Below are positions 12,573-25,310 of a stretch of DNA of 64,000 nt, one piece after another. This DNA is from Selaginella moellendorffii. Lineage: Eukaryota > Plantae > Lycopodiophyta. Position numbers and translations under genes: made by a program. Each line of letters opens with the position of its first letter. Positions within the stretch are counted from its first letter, which is position 1. The notes under the pieces are model-generated. The model had not been told where the DNA came from and searched no databases. It saw only the letters and a list, made by a program, of their open reading frames with translations. The stretch spans positions 62,001 through 126,000 of the forward strand of contig NW_003314434.1 in assembly GCF_000143415.4 (NCBI RefSeq), read 5' to 3'.

Positions 12573-14270
12573 ATGGCGCGAACAGAGCAGGAGCGCTGTG
12601 GATGCGTCACAGGTTTGTGGTCTCTCTTCCGACCAAAAAAGGCGCACAAGAGCGACAAAAAGGTCCACCCGGAAGCCATGGACGCGGCGGCCTGGAAGCT
12701 GAAGGTCCAAGATCGTGTCTGTGAGGCTGTCTCGGGAGAAGCCGCCTTGAAGTTGAAGGAACTCAGGCGCGAGGTGAAAATCGTCTTAGAAGCGATACGA
12801 CAGGAGCGAGGGCACAAGGAGCCGATCAAGCCGGAACAAGAGAAGGAGGACGAAGAGGAGAATCAAGAGAAGAAAGCGGAGCAGCTGAAGGAAGAGAAGA
12901 AAGCCGAGCAGGTGAACGAGGAGGAGAAAGAAGCCGATCAGATGAAGCCGATGAAGCTGGAACAAGAGGAGGAAAACGAAGCCGAGAAGCAGCTGAAGGA
13001 GGAGGAGCAAGAGAAGAAAGCTGAGCAGCTGAGCGAGGAGGAGCAAGAGAAGCTGAACGAGGAGGAGAAAGAAGCCGATCAGACGAAGGAACTCAGGTGC
13101 GAGGTGAAACAGGAGCAAGGTCACAAGGAGCAGCCACAGCTGGAACGAGAGGAGAAGAACCAGCCGAATCAGCCGATCAAGCCAATCAAGCCGATGAAGC
13201 AAGAGCAGGAACAGGAGGAGGAGCAGCGGATGAAGCCAATGAAGCAGCAGCTGGAACAAGAGGAGGAGCAGACGATCAAGCCGATCAAGCAGCCGCTGGA
13301 ACGGGAAGACGATCAAGAGAAGATGAAGCAGCAGGAGAATGACAAACCCAAGCAGGAGGAGCAGCGACCCAAGCCAATTCTACTGCCAGCCGGGGGTCGT
13401 CGTCCAGGTATGGTTCCTTTTGCTTTTCGCATTCTTCTTCTACTGTGACTCACGATGGCCTCCTGGACTTGCAGGTTCCAGTCCGAAGATGGTTCGCTTC
13501 TCTTCCTCAGCGGAGGACATTCTTCTCGACGGCACCCGACGGCGGAGTGAAACCCATCTTAGCGATGGCCGAGGGGGATATGTTGAGTTCGCGTATCTCG
13601 AATCTTTCCACAAGGCAAACCGGTGGCTAAACCAGAGGGGAAAAACCGAGAAGAAGATCCGCAGCTTGGAAGAGGAAAAGCGCGAGGAAACAGAAGAGGA
13701 AAAGTACGAGGAAAAGTCTTGGAGTGTTAGCGCGCTCCGGATTCTGATCAGACTCACCGAGCAGCTTTACGAGGAGCTCAACGGCAAATCCAGCGACCGA
13801 GAGAGGATCAAGCGAGCGCGGAAGATGATGAGGCTCCAGAAAATGCTGGATAGGATCCCGAGTGAGAGGAAACCGTGGAAGAAGCTTCAGTCCGGCGAGG
13901 TGGTCTTCGTGAAGGAGGCAAAAGAACTATATGATCGTGCGGGGAGAGATTTTGTTGCCGAATTCAAGAGGAGACAGGTAAGTTTGATATACCTTCTAGA
14001 TTCCAGATGGCCGTTTGCTAATAACTTCCGTGTTTGTTGTAGAGAGCTGGAGTGAACAATGAGTGTTTGTTTTGTCGGAACCATGATGATGAGAAGATGA
14101 TCGGCTGGGCTGGAGCGAACTCTAAGACGACTAGACCCTGGGTTTCCCTGAGAAGAGAACACGAGCAAACTATTCTAAGCACGTCGAAGAAACAAGAAAT
14201 GAAGTTGGCTCCGAGCTCGAGAAGTTGGCTGCAAGGATTGGTCAACTGGAGGCCAGTGCTCGGACTCTAG
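12573..14270 (+). CDS. Orphan Glu/Gln/Lys-rich repetitive (coiled-coil-like) protein, 3 exons (12573-13407, 13475-13977, 14043-14270)
   Basis: GT-AG introns 13408-13474 (phase 1) and 13978-14042 (phase 0) join three long ORFs in frame. Internal repeats EEEKEADQ, KELRxEVK, IKPIKP. No recognised family. Confidence 0.6.
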
Positions 14271-14279
14271 CATCGGAGA

Positions 14280-16630
14280 AGCCAACTCTCAAGAGTCAAA
14301 TCCAGAAGTTGGATCTCCAAGCAAGTTGAGCATCACAGTAGGAGGCCACTAAAGCTATAGACCAGTTAAGTCGAGAGAAGATCGACCTTCTCGAGGACTC
14401 GACTCCAAAGATTTGCAGCTGTCCAAGACGTGAAAGCAGCACGTGACGACCGTGTCTCGGGGCTCCAGGTGGAGAAGTCCATCACACTTCAGGCGTCTAA
14501 ACAGGCCAGCGACCAGCGTCTACACTCTTCTAAGTCAAGAGAAGATCAATGGATCAAGTTTGATTACACTCTACAGTGTCTGGAGCAAGGAGGGATCTAT
14601 CTTATCAGCTTTCCAGCCGATGGAGATGAGACAGGAGATACTGCTGCGGTATAATGTTCACAGCTTGAAGGAATAGTAGCAAGGGAACGACTGCAACGAG
14701 ATGGTGATAGCGAGAATATGATATAGCTGAAGCTGCTCGTGACGATGGGGGTATTCAGATTCACAGAGAGGGCTGCAGAGACTATAAGACAGACTACGGT
14801 CGACGTTCTCTGTCATCTGGTAGAGCTCTCTAGTTGACGGAGACTTTGAAAACGGGTCAGGGCTGTCCAGGAATGCTCGTACAGCTGCTCGGATGAAAGT
14901 ATCAGCAAAGAACTCAGTGTCAGATTGCTTCAAGGGAAATCAAATCCAAAAGTTGGAGTGAGAAAACTCGGAGCTGTGGCCAAATATCCAAGCAAGTCGA
15001 GCACCACAGTAGCAGGTCACTAAAGCGTCAAGTCTGAGCTAGAGACCAGTCTCCACACTCTAAGTCGGGAGAAGATCAACGACTGAAATTGAAAGTTTTG
15101 GAGCTGTCCCAGATGGTGGTTGAGATGGAGAGTCGAAAGCGGCGGTTGACGAGGCTCCAGGCGGAGCAGTCGGCTGGAAGTGCAGCAGAGTCCATCAAAC
15201 TTCGGCGTCTAAACAGGCCAGAGACCCGCCTCCACACTCTTCTAATTCAAGAGAAGATCAATGGATCAAGGTGGGCTACACTCTACAGTGTCTGGAGCAA
15301 GGAGGGATCTATCTTATGAGCTTTCCAGTGGACGGAGATGATTCAGGAGCGCCTGCTGCGGTAAGGCTGTCCATGATAGTAGCTGAAGCTGCTCGTGACT
15401 GGGGTTTCGGATGGCTGTGGAGACTATAAGACAGACTACGCTAGACGTTCTCTGTCATCTGGTGGAATGAGGGAAGTGTTCGGACAGGAGTTCTTGAAGG
15501 AGAAGCCCCAGGGGATAATGGCTGACGGAGTCGAATCCGCTGCACNNNNNNNNNNNNNNNNNNNNNNNNNNNNNNNNNNNNNNNNNNNNNNNNNNNNNNN
15601 NNNNNNNNNNNNNNNNNNNNNNNNNNNNNNNNNNNNNNNNNNNNNAGAGCACGTGATGGCGGAGTTTGGAAGCGCAAAGGCGAGGCTGGAGAAGCAAGTA
15701 ACTGGCAGCTGATGGAGAGGATCACGGGGCTCGAGGCGCTGGAGGAGAGAGAGACGTGCCAGATGCAAAGCAAAGCTTTGGGCGAGGAGCTCTGAAGGAT
15801 GAAGAAGACAAGCCGAGGAGAACCGATGAGAGAGCACATGGAGCACCAAGCTCCAGAGGTTTGACGGATCAGATGGACGCTACATGCGACAAGAAGGAGC
15901 ATCTGGCTTCGCAGGAAGCTGTGTTTTTGCATGCTTCCGCTCAAGCTTCTCAGCACGATCAAGGCCTGAAGTGGCGGAAGCATTCCCTAACTGTCAGAGG
16001 TTCTAAGCACGTCGAAGAAACGAGAATGGAAGTTCAAGAAGTAACCAGCTCTCGAGAGTCAAATCCAGAACAGAGGTGTAAGCCAAGTACTGACAGCTCG
16101 AGCAGCACAGGGAAGCAGTAGCAAGCCTCCAAAGCGTCAGAGACCAGTCTTCACACTTCTAAGTCAAGAGAAGATCAACCTCTTCGAGGAGATATCCTCC
16201 CTCGACTCCAAAGTTTCGGAGATATCTTGATCAATCGGGAGATAGCAGATAATTTTGTCAAGATCTGGGCTTCTCAAGCAGAGCTCGCCGAGACGGTGGC
16301 CAAGATCGGAGCAGTCAGCCAGCCGAGTGGAGCAGAGTCCATCAAACGTCTGTGGGGGAACAGCGAGATGAAGGAGAAGATGAGATGCCAAGACAGATCA
16401 AGACAAAGCTCTCTAGTTGACAGAAATGGGACAAGAGCTTCAATGCTGTCCAGGATCGCTCTTACAGTGCTTGGATGATAGAAGATGATAATGGCAAGAT
16501 GATCTCGAACTCGAAGAAACTGCTTGTGGCGGTGGCACCAGAGGTTCGGCTTCACAAAGACTGAAAAACGGCTGATGTTCGCCTCTGACATGTGGAGACT
16601 ACAAGAGCTGGAGCGAACTCTAAGACGAAG
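14280..16630 (+). repeat. Mosaic of degenerate, shuffled repeat modules
   Basis: 14476-14650 ~ 15189-15362; 14737-14822 ~ 15380-15462; 14283-14420 ~ 14935-15080 ~ 16045-16220; 14822-14890 ~ 16408-16475; 14172-14200 ~ 16001-16030. Confidence 0.75.
15546..15645. other. Assembly gap (100 N)
   Basis: Run of N. Confidence 1.
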
Positions 16631-19600
16631 CAACAGTCATAAAGACAGAAGATAGGACGAGTTTCATGGAACGTGGAAGCTGGTGCAAAGCGATTCAGAG
16701 GTTCAATGGCCACCTTTACAATCGAGCAATCTGGACTGAGGGTACGTAGAGTCATTCGTTTTTTCCTCTTCCATTAATTTCATCCGTGTTGTTAAACAGA
16801 AGAAGCAAGCTGCAGCGACACACAAATTGTGATGGTAGCTCCTTTAGTATCAGCAACAAATCCTATGGTATTTTTTTTGTTTTTTAATTTTCTCCTCTGG
16901 TGGAATATCTTCTGAGCTCCAACTTGGTCCAGATCGTAGGAGGTCGTCTCTTCGAGACTAAATAAATAAAACATCTCAGAGACTACGCTAAGGAGCTGTT
17001 TATTCTGGCCAACTTGTGGGTACAACCTTGAGAGATTATGTTTCTTTTCTATTTGGAAAATAGTCTGACTGCCAACTTGGTCCAGATCATAATATGTAAA
17101 TGAGGGTGGAGCAGGACTTGAAGCAGCGAAAGAGAAAACCAGCGTCAGAGATCATAAGAATCGAGCAAGTGGGAATGGAAAACTGTAAGATGATTTTAAA
17201 ACTTGGAGAGAAAGGGAGCAGGCTGAAACAGCTAAGATCGAGCAGCAAAGATTGAGCAGCTTAAAGACGAAAAATTTCTTAAACCAAGCAGGGGCAGCAG
17301 GTTGAAAAATCGAAGTTTTAAGTTCGCCCAGCAGAGCAGGGGCAGCAGCTTCAAAAAGAAAAGTGGAAGCAGCTGAAGAGCAGTGACAAGTTTGATCGAG
17401 CAGCAGAATAGTTCAGACTTGTGATAGTTTTTTTCATACCATTTTCTTTGATTTAGCTGTAAAAACGATGATTTAATGTTCAAATTTATAATGTTTCAAT
17501 CTCTGAAAGGTCCGAGATCCGACTTTGATCCTAGCAACAAGATGATACCTAGAGCACGCTAGGGCTTGGCGGCGCGGCCGCTTGGCAAGGCATCCCCCGA
17601 AAAACTCGTGAACTTTACCATGTAGGCCGAGTATTTGCAATCTGTAGACTTGTCTCTAACATCGTGGATCTTCTTGTACGTTTGCAAGGATTCCTGATCA
17701 GTTTGTCCCCGTAACTTGATTAGAAAATGGAAAAACAAATCCAGCTCAGGAAAATAAGATATTACATAGTTTGCTCCAGAGGCATTACCATCACATAGAA
17801 TGTAAATTTGAACCGACCCGACCAAATGAACGATCTTCAATCCACTGGGAGCTTAGCAACTCCACCTGTGAAATAAAAAGAACGAAACAAGAAAAAACAA
17901 TGATGCGAGTCATACTATTAACAAGAACCTCCAGTGGTTCTGGGAAAAAGCAAAATCGCATGAGACTAGAAGAATTCCAAAGCCTTTGAAGACGTGCACG
18001 TTGATAAAGGACGCTTTGCCTTAAATCTCCTGCTGGACTGTGGGGTAACGATAGTGATAGCGAAGGTGTTTGACTTTCTAGGCACTCAGGCACATGACAC
18101 CACGACACCACGTTAGAGCAAGAACTCAGGAGCTAATATGTACACACCTCCAGTTGTTCCATATGGTATAAAGCCATTTGACTTGGTCTAGAAGGTCATA
18201 AGCGGATGAAAAGGCTTGCCCACCTCCTTCCAGACAGTCAAAGTTGTTACCATTGTATGGGAAAAAAACTAAATTTCTTCACGTCGCCACCAATCAAACT
18301 TGTAAGATTCCTGTATGTGAGCATCAAAGAAAGCTTCAAATCGTAAACAAGAGTCTAAAGGCCATCGCATTTGTAACAATTGGCGAGAGACTTGCCTTCA
18401 CCTCTGCAATTTCTTGCACTTAGTTTGATAAATAGATCAGCATTGCAACTTTTTACCATCTTGTATAGGAAATTTATAAGTAGAAACACTTGTCTTCGTT
18501 TGGTTATTATAAATAAAAGTTCCTACTAAATATTGATTAAATTGAGAATTCTCCATATTTTCCATATTTTGTAATCCAAGTAGAAATTTGATTATTAATT
18601 GATTATTTTCACTCTTTACATTTGGCCTTTGACATTTTCCTTTATTTGGTTATTATGTTGCAATTTTATATTATTATGGGTTTAAATCAAGAATTCTAAT
18701 ATTTAAAGCAAATTTTTATTGGTAATAAAGTTTTATTAGTTATAGAGTAATATATATTTAGTTACACACACACAATATAAAGGTATTCTTAAAGCAGAAC
18801 GCCAGACTGGTATACAACTACTAAATTTCTTACAATTGCATTAGCTGATAATAATATATATTTTATCTAAAACATATTAAACTAATGATATTTTAAAATT
18901 ATCAACATACCAATTAATGTTAAAAACTTTATAGTAATTTTTAAAATAAAAGTATTAATTTTTTCATATTTTAAATAAATAAAAATTTATTTAAAAGTAG
19001 ATTAAAGATATGGTTTTTGTATTCTTTAATAAATCATGGTATTTAAATAGGATATTTATGTGAAGAAAAAACTCCAACAACACCAACATGAGTGAATACA
19101 AAGAAGCACTGCTGCCTAAGGATTAAAACTTCCCTACTATGATGTTAATTATCATGGCTATTTAGAGGTTTGTCCTCCTTAACACCAACATCATCAGCAA
19201 TGCCAATATTATTTTCCATCACAGCAGTCACTTACTCAATTATTCTTTATTTTTCCTAAGGTCTTCTTTTGTATTTTCTCTCCCTCTCCCATCAATATTA
19301 CTATTGTCCTTTAATCCTATATGGTGGAAAACTGCCCAAGGGATCAAAGAAAAGTAAGATTAACATTGCTGATTGAAATGTTTCGGAAAGTAAGAAAATA
19401 AAAGCTTTTGTGTTTTTAATTGTTTCTTTGTTCTTCATATTTCAACTATACTTTTAAAGTTTTGCCTATAAACCTCATAATTAGAAGAGATCTTGTAGAT
19501 GGTATGTGGTCAATATTCTATTTATTGTGTAATCTTTGGTCCTAACACCTAGGTGAATTTGGTGAATTGGCTAGAAGAAAGCCATAAAGTTATAAATCAT

Positions 19601-20589
19601 GTGCTTCTATTATGGACTCTTAACAACCATGAGGAATCAAGTGCTTTTGGATTTCAGAAAAAACCCCCTAAGGGACTAGTGAGTCCAACCAACTTTATTA
19701 TAAGGGCACTTTTAAATACCAATAGACTAGTGAGTCTGGCCAGCTTGACTAGAAGAGCTTGACAAAGATGCTAGAATCTCCAGAACACTAGGTTACTTTG
19801 GCAATATAAAGTCCTTGCAAGGATATTAATTTGTTTCTTCTCAACAACAATCTTTCTAGATGTGTCCAAAGTTCCAATCAAGAGGATTTCCTAATACTCT
19901 TATTGTATTTTTTTGTATTAAAAGTCCAAGTAGAACTTCATATTCACCAAATTTCAAAATTTCACAATTCTAAATAGAAAAACCAAAGAAAAATGTTAAT
20001 AGCTACCAAATAAAAGCTCTAGTAATATTTATCAGTATTTAAGAAGTTGCAAATTGTAAGGATATGAATTTAGGGTTTCCCCTTCACAGAAAGAGAGCTA
20101 ATCATAATATACAATTTCTAGAGGTTTGCTAAAAGACAATCTAAACAAACTACTAGTGGATCATAATTGTAAATTGGTGGATTTATCCAAGTAAATTCAT
20201 TTCATATATAGCATATATTGTAAGTGGTTCATTTGTGTCTTTCATTTGGTTTAGGGATTGTGAATAAACATTTACGGATCTCAAAGATGTGTTGATGATT
20301 CTTTTAGTTTTAGAATATCCTAATTATACTCGACTTTTCATCGTGCATATGTATGCTTATGATATTAATTTTAGAAGTATTACACTCTCTCTTCTGCCAT
20401 AATGGCAAAAGGTTGATATGGTTGGACCACTTTATTATTGGCCCCTCTTGTGCTAGTGGACTCTTAAGTGTACTTAGACCAAACAAGCATAAGGGTGGAA
20501 TTTTTTATATATTATTAGATAAACATATTGTGTTAGCTAATGATAAGAACCCTCATATGTTGAGTTTAGTTCCTCAATAATGCTATATA

Positions 20590-21186
20590 ATAGTTTATCG
20601 TGTCCACCAAACACCCTCACTATCATGCCTTATATATTGGTTCCATTCCAGTCTTTTATGCTATTTATAGTAAGTGTTTAGATTTGTCTAAAAGGCATAT
20701 TTATAGAATGTAAAGAGTGTCATAAATCCCATAGTGTTATTCCCACAGCCCAATTCACAATCTAGTTCTATTCCATATCTAGTAAATTTTCAAGTTTATC
20801 CCATAAACTAATTCTTGAGATTGGGGTGAAAGCCCAAAAGCATGCATTTTTCTAGGGTGAGGGATGGGGAGTTTTGGGGGATTTTAAATATATAGTAGGG
20901 ATAGTGTTTAGAAGCATTATTGACCACTTGAGATATTAGTTTGGCTCTTACTAGGCTATATTACTCTTTATTCTATGTCTAGCTTAGGAATAAATTCAAG
21001 TTTTATGTTGCTCTAGTTAGTGGGGTACCCACCTCTTTGTTATAAGCCACTAGTATGCTAGAATTGGGCTAAACACTATCTAATACTATTTATATGCAAA
21101 AGTTGGATATGGGGAGTTGGTGCTCGTAAAAGATATTAAGTGCATACTAGATCTTGATTTTGTTTCATAAAGGGCTTGGAGTTTGA
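20590..21186 (+). mobile_element. LTR fragment related to the 33842-34967 solo LTR
   Basis: Colinear similarity with ~34150-34620 (CCAAACACCC..CTATCATGCC; GGGGTGAAAGCCCAAA; TATAGTAGGGATAGTG; CCAC..GTATGCTA). Confidence 0.65.
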
Positions 21187-21560
21187 TGTAAGCCATAAAT
21201 ATTTCCTTTCTAATTTGTCAACTTACTCTTTTATTCAACCACCTTTACCTTGGCCTTAGTTAAATTCCCTTGCTAAGGTCCCCGCCTATTGTACCAGCTT
21301 CTACTTGGTCCTATTTAGATTCAACTACTCACTATATGAGCAATAGAGTGTTAGCTATCCATTTATAGAGTCCCAAATTTTCTTTTAATCCCCTTCCTTG
21401 GGTTAAACAAGATTTAAGGTTCAATTACACTCCCCGTAACCACAACCATCTAAGCACACCAAGCCTCCAGATTCCTTATATGCATAGGTACAACAAGATT
21501 TGATCATAAAACCTTCTAAATCCCAAGACTTGGGTGTATTGCTTACTTCGGGTGTTACGG
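21187..21560 (-). mobile_element. Inverted LTR 3'-end fragment related to the 23496-25310 solo LTR
   Basis: TGTAAGCCATAAATATTTCCTTTCTAATTTGTCAACTTAC at 21187 approximates the reverse complement of the LTR end at 25272-25310; similarity continues to the ~24960 equivalent. Confidence 0.7.
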
Positions 21561-22928
21561 CACTAACTCATGGCCTTCTCTTTGTGTCACATGTTGCAAT
21601 CAGAGAGACCACTCTTACTCTTGCTTCTACCCCTGCTTCTACTCCTACTCCCAGTCTTATTACTACTCCTACTCCCAATCTTACTCCTACTTCTACTCTA
21701 TGGTTGCAGCCATGGGCATCTAAGTTTCTAAAAAAAGGGACACAAAAGGACTAACACATGACACGTGGAAGTGTCCGAGATGGAGTGCGAGGAGTCTGAG
21801 ATGGACCCGCGATGGACCCGAGATGGAGTGCGAGATGGACCCGAGATGGAGTCCGAGATGGAACTAAAACTGAGATTGAGACCGAGACCAAGACCGAGAC
21901 CAAGACTGAGTCCAAGTCCAAGTCCAAGTCCAAGTCCGAGTTTGAGTTTGAATACTAATACATGCTATTGGGCTGTAGGGGTTTCCAAATGAATAATAGG
22001 GGGAGTGTGGGGGTTGGACCTCAGTGGAGCTAATTTGGCCAAGAAAGGCTAATGTGGCCTAGGAAGGCTATACCCATGTGTTGGGTGATGTTATAACCAT
22101 TGAGAAGTCTAAAGCTAGAGTGAATATGAACAGACAAATGGAGTAGCTTGGTGAAGTGTTCAAGAGCTAACTCTAGTTCCTATGGGAGATTGAATAGTCG
22201 ATTCTCCCAGTCCAAACGTGGGTGGCACTACCTACTTGGATACCTGGCATGGCTCAATGGAGCCTTGCTTTAGAGCACCCAAAGGCAAAAGGTGGGGAGA
22301 GTACCCATGAGGCTTACATAGGGCCGCGATGTTCCGAAATGTTATCTCAAAGTCCCAGACTGTGAAAAGGAAGAGGAGCAATCCTTTAGTGTAGTGACCA
22401 AGGATACAATTATATGGTAAGGAAGTCTCAGATGATAGTGGGATTTAGTGATTAGGCCTGTGGGCTTTGATTTAGTGGTAGTGTTGGCGAACATGGCCAT
22501 GGACGGAAAGGGATTTGGTGGGGACTGAAAAAGGGATATTAGGGAAAGCTATTCCCCATGTTTGCGAGCATTCTGAGGATGCTAAGGAGTGGATCTAGGA
22601 TGATTGCTCATGGACAAATGCCACATTCTTTGAGAGATGGGACTGTGAGGTAAGTGGTTTGGATCACTAGTGTGAAAAAAGTGAATAGGCATAGCTTTAG
22701 CTTAATGGGCTAATATTTCAATGGTACCTTTGGGTGTCGATCATGTGATTGGACATATGAAGCACTTGAACCAAGTGCAAAAGTTGAGTGGCATGGATGC
22801 CATTCTCAGGGCTAGTGAGCCCCAAGTTTGAAATAAGACTTATGGAGGTTATGAGTGAGACTTCTCTAAGTGGTCGAAGGTGTGGTTAAATGACTAAAGT
22901 AGAATGGAAAATTTAGTTGCTTACAACT

Positions 22929-22940
22929 TGGTATCAAAGC
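22929..22940 (+). promoter_or_regulatory. Primer-binding site (tRNA-iMet type)
   Basis: TGGTATCAAAGC, 11/12 match to TGGTATCAGAGC, 3 nt after the LTR end TTACA. Confidence 0.8.
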
Positions 22941-23495
22941 TGTTCCTTAGTCTAACTCTTATTGGTGGTCAAGTATATCACTATTTCTAATTAGAAGGTT
23001 TTAGGAGTGGGCCTATTCTTGAGGAGTAGCATATCGAAAAGGGCATGACTCTTCACCTTAGTTCATAAGTGAACATGTTTGCAATATAGTGGGCAAAAAG
23101 GGGCCAATTTGGGAACGACTTTGGGATCTTAGGAATAGTATAAGGTTTTCCTCAAAGAGTTGAGGATGTAATCCAGATAAGCATTTAACTTAGCAAACTA
23201 GCTAATATAATTGTGGTAAATAACTATAGTTGGGATCACAGGAAAGATAAAAACTCCAAAACAATAAAGGAGTCACAAGATTATCTTTATATAGTTAAGG
23301 CTAGTGTTTATAATATTGAAACCAAAATTAATGACCGTGAGAGGTTAAATACGGATGAGGATATAAGTCCTTAAAATGGTAGTGGGGGCTACTTTTTATA
23401 AATGCTGAAACAAACCCAAGGAGTTGAGGGTGTATTTAGAGGATGCGTCGGTATTCTCATTATATGGACAGATAGTCCTAAAGGGCAAAGGTAGC

Positions 23496-25310
23496 TGAAG
23501 GAACCAACTCCCTAAGGTGTCATAGGCTAAAGGATCCCCGAAAGCATGACCGAAATGACAAAGAGTTCATCGGATGGGACCAGGTCTAAGATCGAGTCCA
23601 AGATCGACTCTGAGACTGAGTTCGAGATAGAGTCTAGGATCGAGTTCGAGGCCGATTCGGAGACCGAGTTCGAGATTGAGTTTGAGACCAAGTTCGAGAC
23701 AGAGTCCAAGATCCGAGATTGGGTCCGAGACCAAGTCCGAGGTTGATTCCGAAGTTGAGTCCGAGATCGGGTCCGAGATCGAGTTCAAGATCGAATCCGA
23801 GACCGTGTCTGAGTACTAATACAAGTCAAGGGGTGAAAGCCCAAAGCATGCATCTCCTAGGGGGGGGGGGGGGGGGGGGGGNNNNNNNNNNNNNNNNNNN
23901 NNNNNNNNNNNNNNNNNNNNNNNNNNNNNNNNNNNNNNNNNNNNNNNNNNNNNNNNNNNNNNNNNNNNNNNNNNNNNNNNNNNNNNNNNNNNNNNNNNNN
24001 NNNNNNNNNNNNNNNNNNNNNNNNNNNNNNNNNNNNNNNNNNNNNNNNNNNNNNNNNNNNNNNNNNNNNNNNNNNNNNNNNNNNNNNNNNNNNNNNNNNN
24101 NNNNNNNNNNNNNNNNNNNNNNNNNNNNNNNNNNNNNNNNNNNNNNNNNNNNNNNNNNNNNNNNNNNNNNNNNNNNNNNNNNNNNNNNNNNNNNNNNNNN
24201 NNNNNNNNNNNNNNNNNNNNNNNNNNNNNNNNNNNNNNNNNNNNNNNNNNNNNNNNNNNNNNNNNNNNNNNNNNNNNNNNNNNNNNNNNNNNNNNNNNNN
24301 NNNNNNNNNNNNNNNNNNNNNNNNNNNNNNNNNNNNNNNNNNNNNNNNNNNNNNNNNNNNNNNNNNNNNNNNNNNNNNNNNNNNNNNNNNNNNNNNNNNN
24401 NNNNNNNNNNNNNNNNNNNNNNNNNNNNNNNNNNNNNNNNNNNNNNNNNNNNNNNNNNNNNNNNNNNNNNNNNNNNNNNNNNNNNNNNNNNNNNNNNNNN
24501 NNNNNNNNNNNNNNNNNNNNNNNNNNNNNNNNNNNNNNNNNNNNNNNNNNNNNNNNNNNNNNNNNNNNNNNNNNNNNNNNNNNNNNNNNNNNNNNNNNNN
24601 NNAGGGATAGTGAGGTCCAAGAACCAGTCTTGAAGGAACTCTCCAGTGGTGCTTCCAAACTAACTTGAGGTTGAGACTAAGGCCAAGGGGTCTTGGGTGG
24701 GAGTGAGCATGGACTCGGGTGGTGCTGGAGGGGCCACCCAAGGAAGTGCTCAAGAGCAGCTCCCACTCCCGAAAGGGAAACTGACTGCAATGCTCCCGGC
24801 TCATGTAAAGTGGTGCCCCACTTGAGTACCTTGTGGCTCATTGGTCCTCGCCCTTCCTAGGGGCTTGGGCCTTCCCTTCGGGATTGAAGTGGGGGGTTAG
24901 AGGTACCTATACCAGGCCGTTAGGCCACAGTGTTTTGCCCTGTGTCCCGAAGCAAGTGTTGCACCTAAGGCTTGGGATTTAGAGGGTCCCATGATCAAGT
25001 CTTGTTGTACTAAGGGAGGTTAGGAACTTAGAGGCTTGGTGTGCTTGGCTGCTTGTGCCTGCGGGGAGTGTAATTGAACCTTAATTCTAGTCTAATCCGG
25101 GGAGGGGGATTGGGAGAAATTTGGGAATCCGTGGATAGATGGCTAACGCTTCGTTGCTCGTGCAATGAGTAGTTGAAACCAAGTAAGACCAAGTAGGAGT
25201 TGGTACAATAGGCGGGAACCTTAGCCAGGGAACTTAGCAAAAACCAAGGCAGTGTTGGTCGGATAGACGAGGTAAGCTGGCAAATTGGAAAGAAAAATTT
25301 GTAACTTACA
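23496..25310 (+). mobile_element. Solo LTR (second family) spanning the assembly gap
   Basis: TGAAGG...CTTACA termini. Flanks GTAGC (23491-23495) and ATAGC (25311-25315) form a 5-bp TSD with one transition. Removing the insert restores colinearity with ~28980-29050. Confidence 0.7.
23882..24602. other. Assembly gap (721 N) after a poly-G tract
   Basis: Run of N preceded by >20 G. Confidence 1.

Noticed and set aside
17480-18460. Possible minus-strand spliced gene remnant
   Set aside because: Some splice-like signals, but stops in all candidate frames and no recognisable family.
20823-20840. GGGGTGAAAGCCC as an rRNA fragment or hammerhead ribozyme core
   Set aside because: No flanking rRNA similarity and no CTGATGA core with the required stems.
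23719-24804. Long ORFs of 260-315 aa
   Set aside because: Artefacts of translating through N gaps (the same applies at 15395-15983).
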